DNA of 64,000 bases. It comes from a virus (Duplodnaviria > Caudoviricetes). Below the pieces are notes generated by a model. It had not been told where the DNA came from. It made no database searches and worked only from the letters and a program-made list of their open reading frames with translations. Within the stretch, counting starts at the first letter, position 1. Every line of letters begins with the position of its first letter. Shown here in pieces: positions 18,860 to 28,597 of the stretch. The stretch is from positions 224,001 through 288,000 of IMG/VR virus record IMGVR_UViG_3300028591_000072. One strand, written 5' to 3'. The translations under genes were made by a program, and so were the position numbers.

Positions 18860-20119
18860 TTATTTTATTTTTCTTGCGTTGTTCAAAGTTGAATTAAAGT
18901 TTGCGTCTTCGTTCAGCCTTGAGTTTAATGTTGTGTTTGTGTCTGTTGATGAATATGAATAAAGGTCTTTCATTCTATTTAATGCTTCGTTCATACCTTG
19001 TTTGTTGCTGTGACTAATGATAACTCCTTTGTTGTTTTTCCATTCAACTAAATAAGTATTACCTGTTTTATCTTTCATTTTGAATTGTTCGCCTTCAGTT
19101 TTAAATTCATCAGGAATTCTTGAAAGCATATGACCTTCAGTTAAGAATTCGGTCTTTTTGAAATAAACAGTCTTAATGTTTTTGTGTTCCATTAATCCTT
19201 GCGCTTTTGTTCCTAATTGTGCATTTTTAACACGTGTCATGAAATCATCATTGTATTCATTTTCACCTGGTGCTGATTCATCAACCATAAGTTGCCCATA
19301 AATGTCTTTGAATATAACATTTCCAACTCTTGTTATTTCTCTTCCGTGGTAACCATATCCACTTCCAAGTTTTTGCCAAGTAAATGGAACATATTCACAA
19401 CTAATTTCATTCCACCAAGACTTTAAATAGTCTTCTAAAGACATACCTTCTTCACTGGCTTCTTTTTCAAAGTTTTCAACGCTGTTATTCCACCCTATAT
19501 CATATGATTTAACCATTCCCGGTTCCCCGTATTCACCTCTGTCATCTTCTTCTTTGTAGAAATCATCAAGTGAGCCATCGAAATTTTCTTGAAGGATTCT
19601 CATTTTATTAATCATTTGCTTCATATCAAATCCTTCTTTGCTTTCGTACATTTCTTCTCTGTCAAAAACTTTTTCAGGCCATTCTCTTCCTTGAAGCCCG
19701 GATTTTTTCATGTATTTTTCTCCGTTGTTGAGTTCTTGTCCGGATTTTTTAATTCCGTTGTAAATGTTTTCGTTATCAGAAAAGTCTCCTGATTTTTCGA
19801 TTTTGTTGTTTTTTTCAAGTTCTGAAGTATAACCATTAACTTGTGCTTTTACTCTTTTTTTGTAATCGTCACTAACATTATCAGGCTCATAATCTAATGT
19901 GGTTCTGTTTGCATCATTTTTTTCGTATTTAACTCGTTTGCCTCCTACGTTTTCAAGGCCACCATCATAATTTTTGGCCCTTTGTTTTGCATCTTTGTAA
20001 GCCTTGTCGTTAATGGACTTATTGTCTTTTTCAACATTCGGGCCGAGAACTGGCTTGAATTCATTTGAACTTTCCGCAATAAATCTTTTTAAATCGCCTA
20101 CTTTGAATGTTTTTTCCAT
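18860..20119 (-). CDS. Putative internal head protein
   Basis: Repeated (I/L/M)xE motifs: IAES, LQE, LMEH, LTEG, MNE, LNED. Confidence 0.45.
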   Translation of the reverse strand: MEKTFKVGDLKRFIAESSNEFKPVLGPNVEKDNKSINDKAYKDAKQRAKNYDGGLENVGGKRVKYEKNDANRTTLDYEPDNVSDDYKKRVKAQVNGYTSELEKNNKIEKSGDFSDNENIYNGIKKSGQELNNGEKYMKKSGLQGREWPEKVFDREEMYESKEGFDMKQMINKMRILQENFDGSLDDFYKEEDDRGEYGEPGMVKSYDIGWNNSVENFEKEASEEGMSLEDYLKSWWNEISCEYVPFTWQKLGSGYGYHGREITRVGNVIFKDIYGQLMVDESAPGENEYNDDFMTRVKNAQLGTKAQGLMEHKNIKTVYFKKTEFLTEGHMLSRIPDEFKTEGEQFKMKDKTGNTYLVEWKNNKGVIISHSNKQGMNEALNRMKDLYSYSSTDTNTTLNSRLNEDANFNSTLNNARKIK

Positions 20120-20149
20120 TTTATTTTATTTTATTTAGTTATTATATTC

Positions 20150-20347
20150 TTAATATGGGTAATACCCACCTCTTACTATTCCAATTGTTCCTGCATTTAT
20201 ATCAAACCCACGGCACATTCTTTGCATTAAAAGTTTTGTTAATTCTTCAGGATTTTGCTCTTTTTTAATTTTTTCGTTTAAAGAATTAATGTCTTTTACT
20301 GCTTGTGGGTCGAATCCGTTATTATATCTGTCTAATGAATTATTCAT
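20150..20347 (-). CDS. Hypothetical protein
   Basis: 65-aa ORF in operon. Confidence 0.5.
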   Translation of the reverse strand: MNNSLDRYNNGFDPQAVKDINSLNEKIKKEQNPEELTKLLMQRMCRGFDINAGTIGIVRGGYYPY

Positions 20348-21392
20348 CGTAATTGAAAGTTGTTTTTAATATGTTTTTATGATTTAATGTTTCATCGTCA
20401 CCCGCAAACGGGACATCGTATTGGTAGTTTCCCGCATTACTTGTTGCTGTTGCCTCTTTTATATAGTCAATTTGTTCTTGAGTTAAATATACGCTTTTTC
20501 TTTTTATTGGTTTTCCGAATAGTGGTGTTGTAAATTGTCCGCTACTTTGTGCGTTTGTAGCACCAGCAACACCATCCATAGTTCCACCACCAACAGAACC
20601 GCCTTCGCCTTCTTCATTTATTCTTCTTTGTGCAATTGGCGTTTGTTCTGGCGTTGGAATTTCTTTCTGTGCGTTCATTATGTCATCCTGATATTGCAAT
20701 AATGAAACATCCTTGAGGACTTTTTTCAAACTTGATTTTATTTTTCTTGGCTCATCCCAAGAAGATACAAACTCTTCGTTGTTATATAAACTCCTTACTG
20801 CGTTTTTAACTAATTTAATTGCGTATGTGTATTTGTCGCTTAGTTGTATTTCATCGTCTTTGTATTTTTTAAGGAAATCAACCAAAACGCCAACGTGTGC
20901 CCATAAATTTTGGAAATCATATGAATACATTGAGTTTGAAACATTTGAACACAATACATTTAATGAAATTCCTGCAAATTCAGATTGTAAATCAAGTGCT
21001 GAATCGTTTTGTAGAATGTCATAACCCCAAGCGCCCTCTTCTAATGTTCTTGCTATTAAATTTTGTTCAAACAAATTAGTGTATAAGTTTCTTAACTTTT
21101 TCTTAAAGTCTTTTCTTGGTATGCAATATTTTATTTCAAATGTATCTTTATTTCTGTTTCCATTTTCATCATATCCATTATCCTTTATTCGTTCATTTCT
21201 TATGATAATTGCACTGTATTCATCATTTGGGTCTGTTTTCATTAAAAGCATTTTAAGTGCTGATGGGGCATCAATACCAAATCCATGCAAGAAATCGTCA
21301 GTATCTGCCTTTAATGGTTGATTTAACAATTCTTTCATGTAGTCTTTCATGTGCTCAATGAAAGCATATCGTGTCATTTTTTCTTTACCCAT
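20340..21392 (-). CDS. Putative internal head protein with DUF4259-like insert
   Basis: LEE followed by GAWGYDILQNDSALD; INEE and IKEA motifs. Confidence 0.5.
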   Translation of the reverse strand: MGKEKMTRYAFIEHMKDYMKELLNQPLKADTDDFLHGFGIDAPSALKMLLMKTDPNDEYSAIIIRNERIKDNGYDENGNRNKDTFEIKYCIPRKDFKKKLRNLYTNLFEQNLIARTLEEGAWGYDILQNDSALDLQSEFAGISLNVLCSNVSNSMYSYDFQNLWAHVGVLVDFLKKYKDDEIQLSDKYTYAIKLVKNAVRSLYNNEEFVSSWDEPRKIKSSLKKVLKDVSLLQYQDDIMNAQKEIPTPEQTPIAQRRINEEGEGGSVGGGTMDGVAGATNAQSSGQFTTPLFGKPIKRKSVYLTQEQIDYIKEATATSNAGNYQYDVPFAGDDETLNHKNILKTTFNYDE

Positions 21393-21395
21393 AGT

Positions 21396-21641
21396 TTATC
21401 CCCTTTTGATTTCATCTTCATAGAAGTTACGGCGTTGCCATAATGTCCTGAATAAAGTGTTAACGGATGCGGCTACAAGTTCCCTAACTCGTTTTTCGAT
21501 GTCTCCTTTAACCCTGTGGTCTTTTAATGCATCTTTAACGGCAGAAACAATGTCTTCTTTGTTGATTCCATTTTCCTCAAGAATTTGGTTTTCAACAATC
21601 GTTTTCATCATTTCTTCCGTTATTATCACTTTTTTTGACAT
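21396..21641 (-). CDS. Small putative head protein
   Basis: KKVIITEE..IVENQILEE; downstream of ACTATTTAT motif. Confidence 0.5.
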   Translation of the reverse strand: MSKKVIITEEMMKTIVENQILEENGINKEDIVSAVKDALKDHRVKGDIEKRVRELVAASVNTLFRTLWQRRNFYEDEIKRG

Positions 21642-21742
21642 GTTATATCAATTAACAATTTTTATTCACATATAAATAGTATAAATAAACAAAAAGCCAG
21701 TCAAAAGACCGGCTTTTATTATATTATCAAATATAATAACAA

Positions 21743-22258
21743 TTATGATTCTTTAATGTGATTTGCCATTTGCTCAAGCGTTGATGATTCCATATTCCAC
21801 TGCTCTTTCCAATTTTGGTAGAATCCGTAAAGTTTGTTAAGGATTTCCAAATTTTTGTCGTTAAGTAAAAGGCCATTTGTGGTTAAAAAACAACCATCAC
21901 CAGTATTTGTGCGTAATTTAAATTGGAACTTAAGATTGTTTAGGCAAGGAATAACTCCACTGAATATTAGGTTGTTTTCGTTTGGCATGTATATAAGTGG
22001 AGATTCGCTAACGTTGTTTGAATCTGGCTTTGAAAATTGTGCACCGCTTTCAACAGATACCCTAAACTGTTGTATTTGGTTTGTCAATGTGTTTTGCCCG
22101 AACATTGGGTCATCTGTAATTGCTATTCCGTCAGCTGCTATGTGTTTTTTTTCTTCTTCGTTAAGAAATGTTTTTTTCCTATTGCTTGATTCTTCTATTT
22201 TTCTGATTTTATCAAGCATTGTTCTTGTGTAGTCAATGTTTTCTATTTTTTTCCCCAT
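21743..22258 (-). CDS. Hypothetical protein
   Basis: 171-aa ORF. Confidence 0.6.
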   Translation of the reverse strand: MGKKIENIDYTRTMLDKIRKIEESSNRKKTFLNEEEKKHIAADGIAITDDPMFGQNTLTNQIQQFRVSVESGAQFSKPDSNNVSESPLIYMPNENNLIFSGVIPCLNNLKFQFKLRTNTGDGCFLTTNGLLLNDKNLEILNKLYGFYQNWKEQWNMESSTLEQMANHIKES

Positions 22259-22260
22259 AA

Positions 22261-22728
22261 TTACATGTCATATCCAATTCCATTCCACCAAGAAGTTATG
22301 TTATCATTTCTTTTTGTGGAATTTATTATTTTTTCAGCATCCTTTTTTAATAATTGTGCTCGTTTTAATTCTTCTTCTATTATTTTTTTTGCCTGCTCCG
22401 GCTCTTTTTTTAACTTATCATTAAACGCCTTTTTTGATTCTTCAAAATCGCTTATCTTTTCTTCAGTTTCTTTTATGGAAGCAATGGCCTCTTGTGTTTT
22501 CTTCTCTATTTCTTCTTCAATGCCATTTGTGCTAAATTCTGCATTGACGCTGTTCATTGAATCGTATATTTCGTTGAAATTCGGTCTGATTTCTGATACT
22601 TCTTGCTTTTCTTGCGTGTTTTCAAGTTCGTTTATTTTTTCTTCAATTATGTCAAGTTCACTTTTTTTTACTGTTTTCTTTTTTTTTGTGACTTGTTTTG
22701 AATCTTGATTTTTTGTCTGTTTTTCCAT
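22261..22728 (-). CDS. Coiled-coil hypothetical protein
   Basis: E/K-rich; ends WWNGIGYDM. Confidence 0.6.
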   Translation of the reverse strand: MEKQTKNQDSKQVTKKKKTVKKSELDIIEEKINELENTQEKQEVSEIRPNFNEIYDSMNSVNAEFSTNGIEEEIEKKTQEAIASIKETEEKISDFEESKKAFNDKLKKEPEQAKKIIEEELKRAQLLKKDAEKIINSTKRNDNITSWWNGIGYDM

Positions 22729-22801
22729 AAATTATTTATTTATAATAAATATAATGTTATAATAAATATTATCAATAAAAAGGCGGATTTTTGACACCTT
22801 T

Positions 22802-23518
22802 TTATTTGAACGTATCTGATGTGATTGAGTTTTTCAGCGCTTCAGTTCTTAGTTTTTTTAATGCACATTCTTTTATTTGCCTTATACGTTCTTTTGTTAA
22901 TCCTATTTTTGCGCCTATTTCTTCCAAAGTAAGTTCTTCAGTATAATTTAGGCCAAAGTAATTTGAAATTACGTATTTTTCACGGTCATTAAGTACATTC
23001 ATTAAATTATTTATTACAGACAAGTCATCTGTTTTTTTTATTTCATCAAAATTAAATACTTCGATAAAATTGTCATGCTCTATAATCTCGTATTCTGAAT
23101 CCTGACTTGATTCTTCTTCGTTGTTTTCTTGTGTAAGTGTTTCATCTCCTTTCAATAAATTTCGTTTTTTTAATGCCTCCAATATTGTTTGCCTAATCCA
23201 CCAAACAGAGTAACTAATTGTCTTAAAGCCTTTTTTGTGGTCAAATTTATCAAGTGCCTTAATCAGCCCAATGTTTCCTTCTGATATTAGGTCGGAATAC
23301 GATAATCCCATTCCAATATAAGGTTTTGCAACACTTGCAACAAATTTTAAATTTGATTTAATTATTTTATCTCGTGCTGATAAATCATTGTTTTTTTTAT
23401 ATTGTTCCCATAAAGTATATTCTTCTTCTTTACTTAATGGGGACAATTTGCTTATTTCTTTAAAGTAATCCACTGAACTTCTTTCAAAATCAATAATTTT
23501 CTTTTTCTTTTTATGCAT
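22802..23518 (-). CDS. Phage-encoded sigma-70 family RNA polymerase sigma factor
   Basis: Region 2 NLKFVASVAK..DLISEGNIGLIKA..SYSVWWIRQ; region 4 TLEEIG..LTKERIRQI. Confidence 0.92.
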   Translation of the reverse strand: MHKKKKKIIDFERSSVDYFKEISKLSPLSKEEEYTLWEQYKKNNDLSARDKIIKSNLKFVASVAKPYIGMGLSYSDLISEGNIGLIKALDKFDHKKGFKTISYSVWWIRQTILEALKKRNLLKGDETLTQENNEEESSQDSEYEIIEHDNFIEVFNFDEIKKTDDLSVINNLMNVLNDREKYVISNYFGLNYTEELTLEEIGAKIGLTKERIRQIKECALKKLRTEALKNSITSDTFK

Positions 23519-23542
23519 TTAACCATATAAGATACCTTATTA

Positions 23543-25912
23543 TTAATAGTTTGATTTAATACTTGAAATATTATTTTCTTTTACAATTGTAATTATATCT
23601 GTATACCAGTCTAAATCAACGTGACATACATTTAAAATGAAATCATAATATTCTGTTATCTTGTCATAAAGTTTTTTCATGTCATCGTAATTTTCTTTTG
23701 CTACTGTTCCTAAGATTTCATCAAGCAATATAAACGGGGGCTTTGATAACTTAGATAATCTTCCAAGAATAACACGCAAAGCCAAAGATGCTTGTGTTCT
23801 TTCAAGTCCTGAAGCGGCAGACAGCCTGGTTTTTATTCCGTCACGTATTAATAAGAAATCAATATCATTTTTATCATTCATAGTGATTTCTACGTTAAAA
23901 TCGGAAACATCGTTAAGAAGTCTATGCAATTCAGCATTGATAATTGGCAATGTATTCCTGAGCACCATTTTACTGATACCATCCTTTCCAATCATTTGTA
24001 AATAGAGCTTCCAATATTTTTCAACTTTTCTTTCTTCTTCAATTTTCACTATGAAGCTATTTTTTTGTGAAATTGCTTCAGTTATTCTTGAAATTTCCTT
24101 TTCGTCACTTGAAATTGTGGAAACTGAAGCGTTCTTGATTCTGTCTTCGGTCTTTATGTTTGTGTCTATTATATTGATTTGTGCATCAATTTCACCGTTT
24201 TTCGTTATAGCATCCTTGCTTTTGTTTACATCGGATAACAATTGGGATTGCTCTTTATAGTCAAGCCTCATTGTTGAAATGTCAGACCTTAATGTTGCAA
24301 TTTTCAATTCTAATTTTGATTTTTCTTGCGATTGCTTTCTTTTTTCTTCTATCAATGCAATTTCTTTTTCAACTTCTTCAAGCCTTTTCTTTGATTCAAT
24401 CCCTTCTTTTGTGTATGATTCGATTTTATTTTTATTTTCCTCTATAACTGATGAGTTATCTACATTGTCTAACTTTCGTTTGCAAGTTGGACAATATTCG
24501 GCTTTTTCCAATTTAACATTTGTATCTCTTAAATTGGTAATTAATACTCGTAATTCAGATGTTTTTGAAACCAAAGTTGATTTTTCATTGTTTAGTTTCT
24601 TGTATTCTTCTTCTGAAAATTCTATATTTCCGTATTGCTTAAGTTGCGATTCAAGGTATTTTAGGTCTTCACCTTTTTTCTTTCCGTCTTCAACAAGTGA
24701 TTTAATTTTTGCTTCAAGAGTCGTAACGTTTATTTTGAGCAAAGAAGGGTCTACTTGCTGTTTTGAAGATAATAATACATCTCTTGTTTTGCTATATTCT
24801 GTAATTTTTTTGTCACATTGTTCAATGATTGAATTGTTTTTTTCAATATCTTTTGAAATGGCTTCTTTTTGCTCTTTAAGACCGGATATTTCTTCTTCGA
24901 GTTGTACCTTATTGTACATATCAGAATATCTTCCAACTGATATTTCTTTGTTCCATTTTTCTCTTGCCCTTACGTCCTTATCTTCAATAACAGATAATCC
25001 AATCCATCTTGCAAGAAGTCTTCCTTTTTCTGTTTCTGTTAGCGAGATAAGGCTGTCAAGGTCCTTTGCGTTGGCGCTGATTATCAAGTCGAAATCACTT
25101 TCATTACCGAGTGCTTCTTTAATTATTGCACTTGTTTCTTTTGCTGAAGTTCCTTGTTGGTTTTCATCCGAAAGGAGTTCTTCACTTCCATCGCAAAGTA
25201 CCTTATAATATTCAACTTTATTGGTTACTGTCTTTGTCTTTTTACCCTGAGCAGGTCTTGTTAATGTTCTTTTAATGACATAATCATCACCATCAATGTT
25301 TATACAGCCTTCAACCGTTAATGTTCTTTCATCAGGCAAATAGTTATTAAACAATTCTCCTAATGTTTTTGCCTTATCGGTGTTTGTTTTTCCAAATAAC
25401 AAAAAATGCAAAATATCGTATGCAAATGTTGATTTTCCGCTTTTGTTTGCTGGCTCACCGTTGAGAAGGACCAATCCATGAAGTTTTGTAAAGTCAAAAA
25501 AGTTACTTGGACCATATGATAAGAAATTGCTCCACCTAACCCATTTAATGGAATAACTTTTTGCCTTATTGTATAATGTATAGTCAATAAGTGAATTTAT
25601 TTGGCTATCAATTTTTATAATTTCATTAAAGTCAATGTCTTCAATTTTGTTTTCAACAATGTATTGTTTCATTAATTCTTGTTGAAACTTTGGGTCATTA
25701 ATGTCTTGAATGGCTTCATATGCAATTGAGCCATCTTTTCCGTGTGATGTTGAAAATTTTGGTTCAACTTTAATGTTCTTTGATGGTATTCCATATTTTT
25801 GTGCCATCAACGAAATTATGCTTTTTTCTTGCTCTTTTGAATAATTTGTTGGTGATACGTTCCACACAATACAAACTTTTGCGTTTTGGCCTATTTCTAT
25901 TTTCTTCGTCAT
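23543..25912 (-). CDS. Rad50/SbcC-like (T4 gp46-like) recombination ATPase
   Basis: NFLSYG, Walker A NKSGKST, CPTC zinc hook, ASGLE signature, ILLDE Walker B. Confidence 0.92.
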   Translation of the reverse strand: MTKKIEIGQNAKVCIVWNVSPTNYSKEQEKSIISLMAQKYGIPSKNIKVEPKFSTSHGKDGSIAYEAIQDINDPKFQQELMKQYIVENKIEDIDFNEIIKIDSQINSLIDYTLYNKAKSYSIKWVRWSNFLSYGPSNFFDFTKLHGLVLLNGEPANKSGKSTFAYDILHFLLFGKTNTDKAKTLGELFNNYLPDERTLTVEGCINIDGDDYVIKRTLTRPAQGKKTKTVTNKVEYYKVLCDGSEELLSDENQQGTSAKETSAIIKEALGNESDFDLIISANAKDLDSLISLTETEKGRLLARWIGLSVIEDKDVRAREKWNKEISVGRYSDMYNKVQLEEEISGLKEQKEAISKDIEKNNSIIEQCDKKITEYSKTRDVLLSSKQQVDPSLLKINVTTLEAKIKSLVEDGKKKGEDLKYLESQLKQYGNIEFSEEEYKKLNNEKSTLVSKTSELRVLITNLRDTNVKLEKAEYCPTCKRKLDNVDNSSVIEENKNKIESYTKEGIESKKRLEEVEKEIALIEEKRKQSQEKSKLELKIATLRSDISTMRLDYKEQSQLLSDVNKSKDAITKNGEIDAQINIIDTNIKTEDRIKNASVSTISSDEKEISRITEAISQKNSFIVKIEEERKVEKYWKLYLQMIGKDGISKMVLRNTLPIINAELHRLLNDVSDFNVEITMNDKNDIDFLLIRDGIKTRLSAASGLERTQASLALRVILGRLSKLSKPPFILLDEILGTVAKENYDDMKKLYDKITEYYDFILNVCHVDLDWYTDIITIVKENNISSIKSNY

Positions 25913-25918
25913 ACTATG

Positions 25919-26275
25919 TTATTTTAATTCTCTTGTTCTTTTTTTTCTTGTTTCAGGCTGTTTTTTTGCCTCTTCTATATTTTCAGTAGGAATTTCATCG
26001 GGAAAAACTTCAGTTTTACTAATTGGCGTTACAGGAATTAGTTCTGTTGCAACTGGTTCAATATGCGGCTCAATTGGCTCTACATATTTAATGGGAACTA
26101 CATTACCTTTTAATTGCTCAACAATGCCAAATGGAATGTCACCATATTTTATTGTGTTTAGCCCTTTTTTTAGTAGGTCACAGCAAAATACGTTAACTTT
26201 CAGTCCGTTTAAATCACAATATTTTTTAATATCGTTATATAAATTATCGTTTATTGATATGCTATGATTTGCCAT
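25919..26275 (-). CDS. Hypothetical protein with possible ribbon-helix-helix N-terminus
   Basis: HSISINDNLYNDIKKYC. Confidence 0.5.
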   Translation of the reverse strand: MANHSISINDNLYNDIKKYCDLNGLKVNVFCCDLLKKGLNTIKYGDIPFGIVEQLKGNVVPIKYVEPIEPHIEPVATELIPVTPISKTEVFPDEIPTENIEEAKKQPETRKKRTRELK

Positions 26276-26375
26276 TTATATTTTTTATATTATATACAAA
26301 AAAAATGTGTAAACCACAAACTTTTTATTTACAAAATCAATTAAATATGTTATTTTTTATGAAAATTGTATATAG

Positions 26376-27191
26376 ATGGAAATTAATGAGAAAATATATC
26401 CGAGAATTATACTTGGAATGGATATAAGCACCGCTTGTATTGGCGTTTGTGTTGTTAAGGATTGTGGAGATGGCGATAAACCTGAAATATTGTATATAGG
26501 CCATAAAACCCCCAAAGTATCAAATAAGATTAAAGGAATAGAATCTTTGTTCATTAAAAAGCAAATATTTGAAGAAGAATTTTTGCCTGAAATATCAAAT
26601 GCTTTTAATATAACAGATGTTATTATAGAAGAGCCATTGCTTTCATCTAATAATGTAAATACGGTTGCTACGCTTTTAAGGTTCAACGGAATGATTTCGG
26701 AGGCAATTTACAGAATAATTGGCGTAGTTCCAAATTTCATATCTTCCTATGATGCGAGGCTTTATTCTTTTCCTGAACTTGTTTCTATAAGAAAATATAA
26801 CAAAAAAGGTGAAGAATACCCATTAAAACATATCAAAAAGGCTATAGAAGAACAAAAGGCCGTTTTATTTGGCTCTTATCCATTTGATGTGGACAAGAAA
26901 ATGGTTATGATGAATATGGTGAATGAATTGTACCATGACGGAGAAATTGAATGGATATATAATAAAAAAGGCGAATTAAAAAAGGAAAATTTCGATGCTT
27001 GCGATTCTCTTATATGCGCACTTGCTTATGTAAATATAAATCACCATGGAATTGATAGTGTTAAAATTGAGGAAGCAAAATATTTGCCAATAACAGAAAG
27101 CAAAGAAATAAGGATTGATTATAAAGAAAAAATATGGAATAGGGTGTATGACAAGGTTTTAATAATTGAAACTGACTACTCCCACAGTTAA
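26376..27191 (+). CDS. RuvC-like Holliday junction resolvase
   Basis: ILGMDIS, VIIEEP and FDACDS acidic motifs. Confidence 0.8.
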   Translation: MEINEKIYPRIILGMDISTACIGVCVVKDCGDGDKPEILYIGHKTPKVSNKIKGIESLFIKKQIFEEEFLPEISNAFNITDVIIEEPLLSSNNVNTVATLLRFNGMISEAIYRIIGVVPNFISSYDARLYSFPELVSIRKYNKKGEEYPLKHIKKAIEEQKAVLFGSYPFDVDKKMVMMNMVNELYHDGEIEWIYNKKGELKKENFDACDSLICALAYVNINHHGIDSVKIEEAKYLPITESKEIRIDYKEKIWNRVYDKVLIIETDYSHS

Positions 27192-27363
27192 AACTGTGGG
27201 GTTCTTGGGGCAAGATAATTGGGATTTGTTTAAAAAATTCTATTATGATAATTTTGTTTTGAATTGTGAAAAATTGACAAAAGGTATGGTAATTGAAATA
27301 GAAAAATTTTTAAGATATAGAGGCGTTGATGTTAATAAGGTTATAAAGTGTATAAGATGTTAA
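27166..27363 (+). CDS. Small hypothetical protein
   Basis: 65-aa ORF with TTG start overlapping the resolvase end. Confidence 0.4.
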   Translation: MKLTTPTVKTVGFLGQDNWDLFKKFYYDNFVLNCEKLTKGMVIEIEKFLRYRGVDVNKVIKCIRC

Positions 27364-27479
27364 TAAGGCTATAAAGTGTATAAATAGTATTTGTATTTTT
27401 AAAGCGGTTAAAACCGCTTTTTTTATTTTTTAAAATATAGTAATTTTGTGTAAAGATGACTATTTATGATTAAGTAATA

Positions 27480-28589
27480 ATGAGAAATAAATCTAATTTT
27501 ATGTCAGAATATTTAAACGACCCAAGAGAAAGGGCCATAAGGCCGGATAAAGGGATTACGCTTGAAGAAGACGATAGATTTGAAACAATGTATCATTGGG
27601 GCGCTATGGTGCTTGATTTGTGCGATTTTCCAATAGAAGAATACATGAAGCCTATGACTGTTATTTGCCAGGGTGGAAGTGGCGGAGGAGGAGATTCAGA
27701 ATCAGGTGGCACGCCAACCCCAACAAAAAGAAATGTTTCAATAATAATTGATGTCATAAGTCCTGAAGGCAATGTTATTGGTCCGGATGGAAGCATAATA
27801 GGAACAACTGATGGTGACGGAACGTGGAAAGTAAGATGGGAATGGGATAAGGATTATAGTGTTGTTATTGCATCTTCTGTAAATCTATATGATAATAATG
27901 GGCAAGAGTATGTTGTTAATGCCTTGTTAATGGATAATAACAATAATAAATATGAAGCCATAATACAAGGAATTGGTGACAATAGCATTGAAAGGATTGG
28001 AAGCTTTGGTATTGGTACAAATCCAAATGAAGCAACAAATACAGATATTAATATTAATGATTCCACATCAAATATTGTTTATTCGATAAGCATAAAGCCA
28101 AATTCAGGACAGGAATCCATTGAGTATAACATATATTATGGGGCAAAATCAAAAAGTGAGAATTTGCGTAACGATGAACTTGAAAATATATTATTAAAGG
28201 AAGCAAACAATGAAGGAGGAGTTGCTATTGAATTTTTAGTTCCAATTTCAGACGTTTACGAAGCGGAATCTGAATTGTTTGATAATGGTGAATCTCCATA
28301 TGATGGTGACGATGCACAAGATATTTGGGATTCGTGGTCAGAACAATATGAAAATGAAAATAGATATACATTTAGATTATATATACCTGTTGAAATAGAA
28401 GGAAATTATACCTATAATTTGTTTAATGACAATGCCGGACAATTAACAGATGCAAATCTTGTAAAAACAAATAACACACGAACAATTAATGATATTGAAT
28501 ATTCTGAATATGTTAATGAAGATATTAATTATGCATATGATGATAAAATTCGCTCATTTAAATTGGTTTTTATAATAACTGATAAATAA
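27480..28589 (+). CDS. Acidic virion-associated protein
   Basis: Follows ACTATTTAT motif; Gly/Pro linker then beta-rich domains. Confidence 0.55.
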   Translation: MRNKSNFMSEYLNDPRERAIRPDKGITLEEDDRFETMYHWGAMVLDLCDFPIEEYMKPMTVICQGGSGGGGDSESGGTPTPTKRNVSIIIDVISPEGNVIGPDGSIIGTTDGDGTWKVRWEWDKDYSVVIASSVNLYDNNGQEYVVNALLMDNNNNKYEAIIQGIGDNSIERIGSFGIGTNPNEATNTDININDSTSNIVYSISIKPNSGQESIEYNIYYGAKSKSENLRNDELENILLKEANNEGGVAIEFLVPISDVYEAESELFDNGESPYDGDDAQDIWDSWSEQYENENRYTFRLYIPVEIEGNYTYNLFNDNAGQLTDANLVKTNNTRTINDIEYSEYVNEDINYAYDDKIRSFKLVFIITDK

Positions 28590-28597
28590 ATTTAAGA

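Noticed and set aside
24279-25208. 309-aa plus-strand ORF
   Set aside because: Antisense shadow of the Rad50 coiled coil with Ser/Phe/Leu-biased composition.
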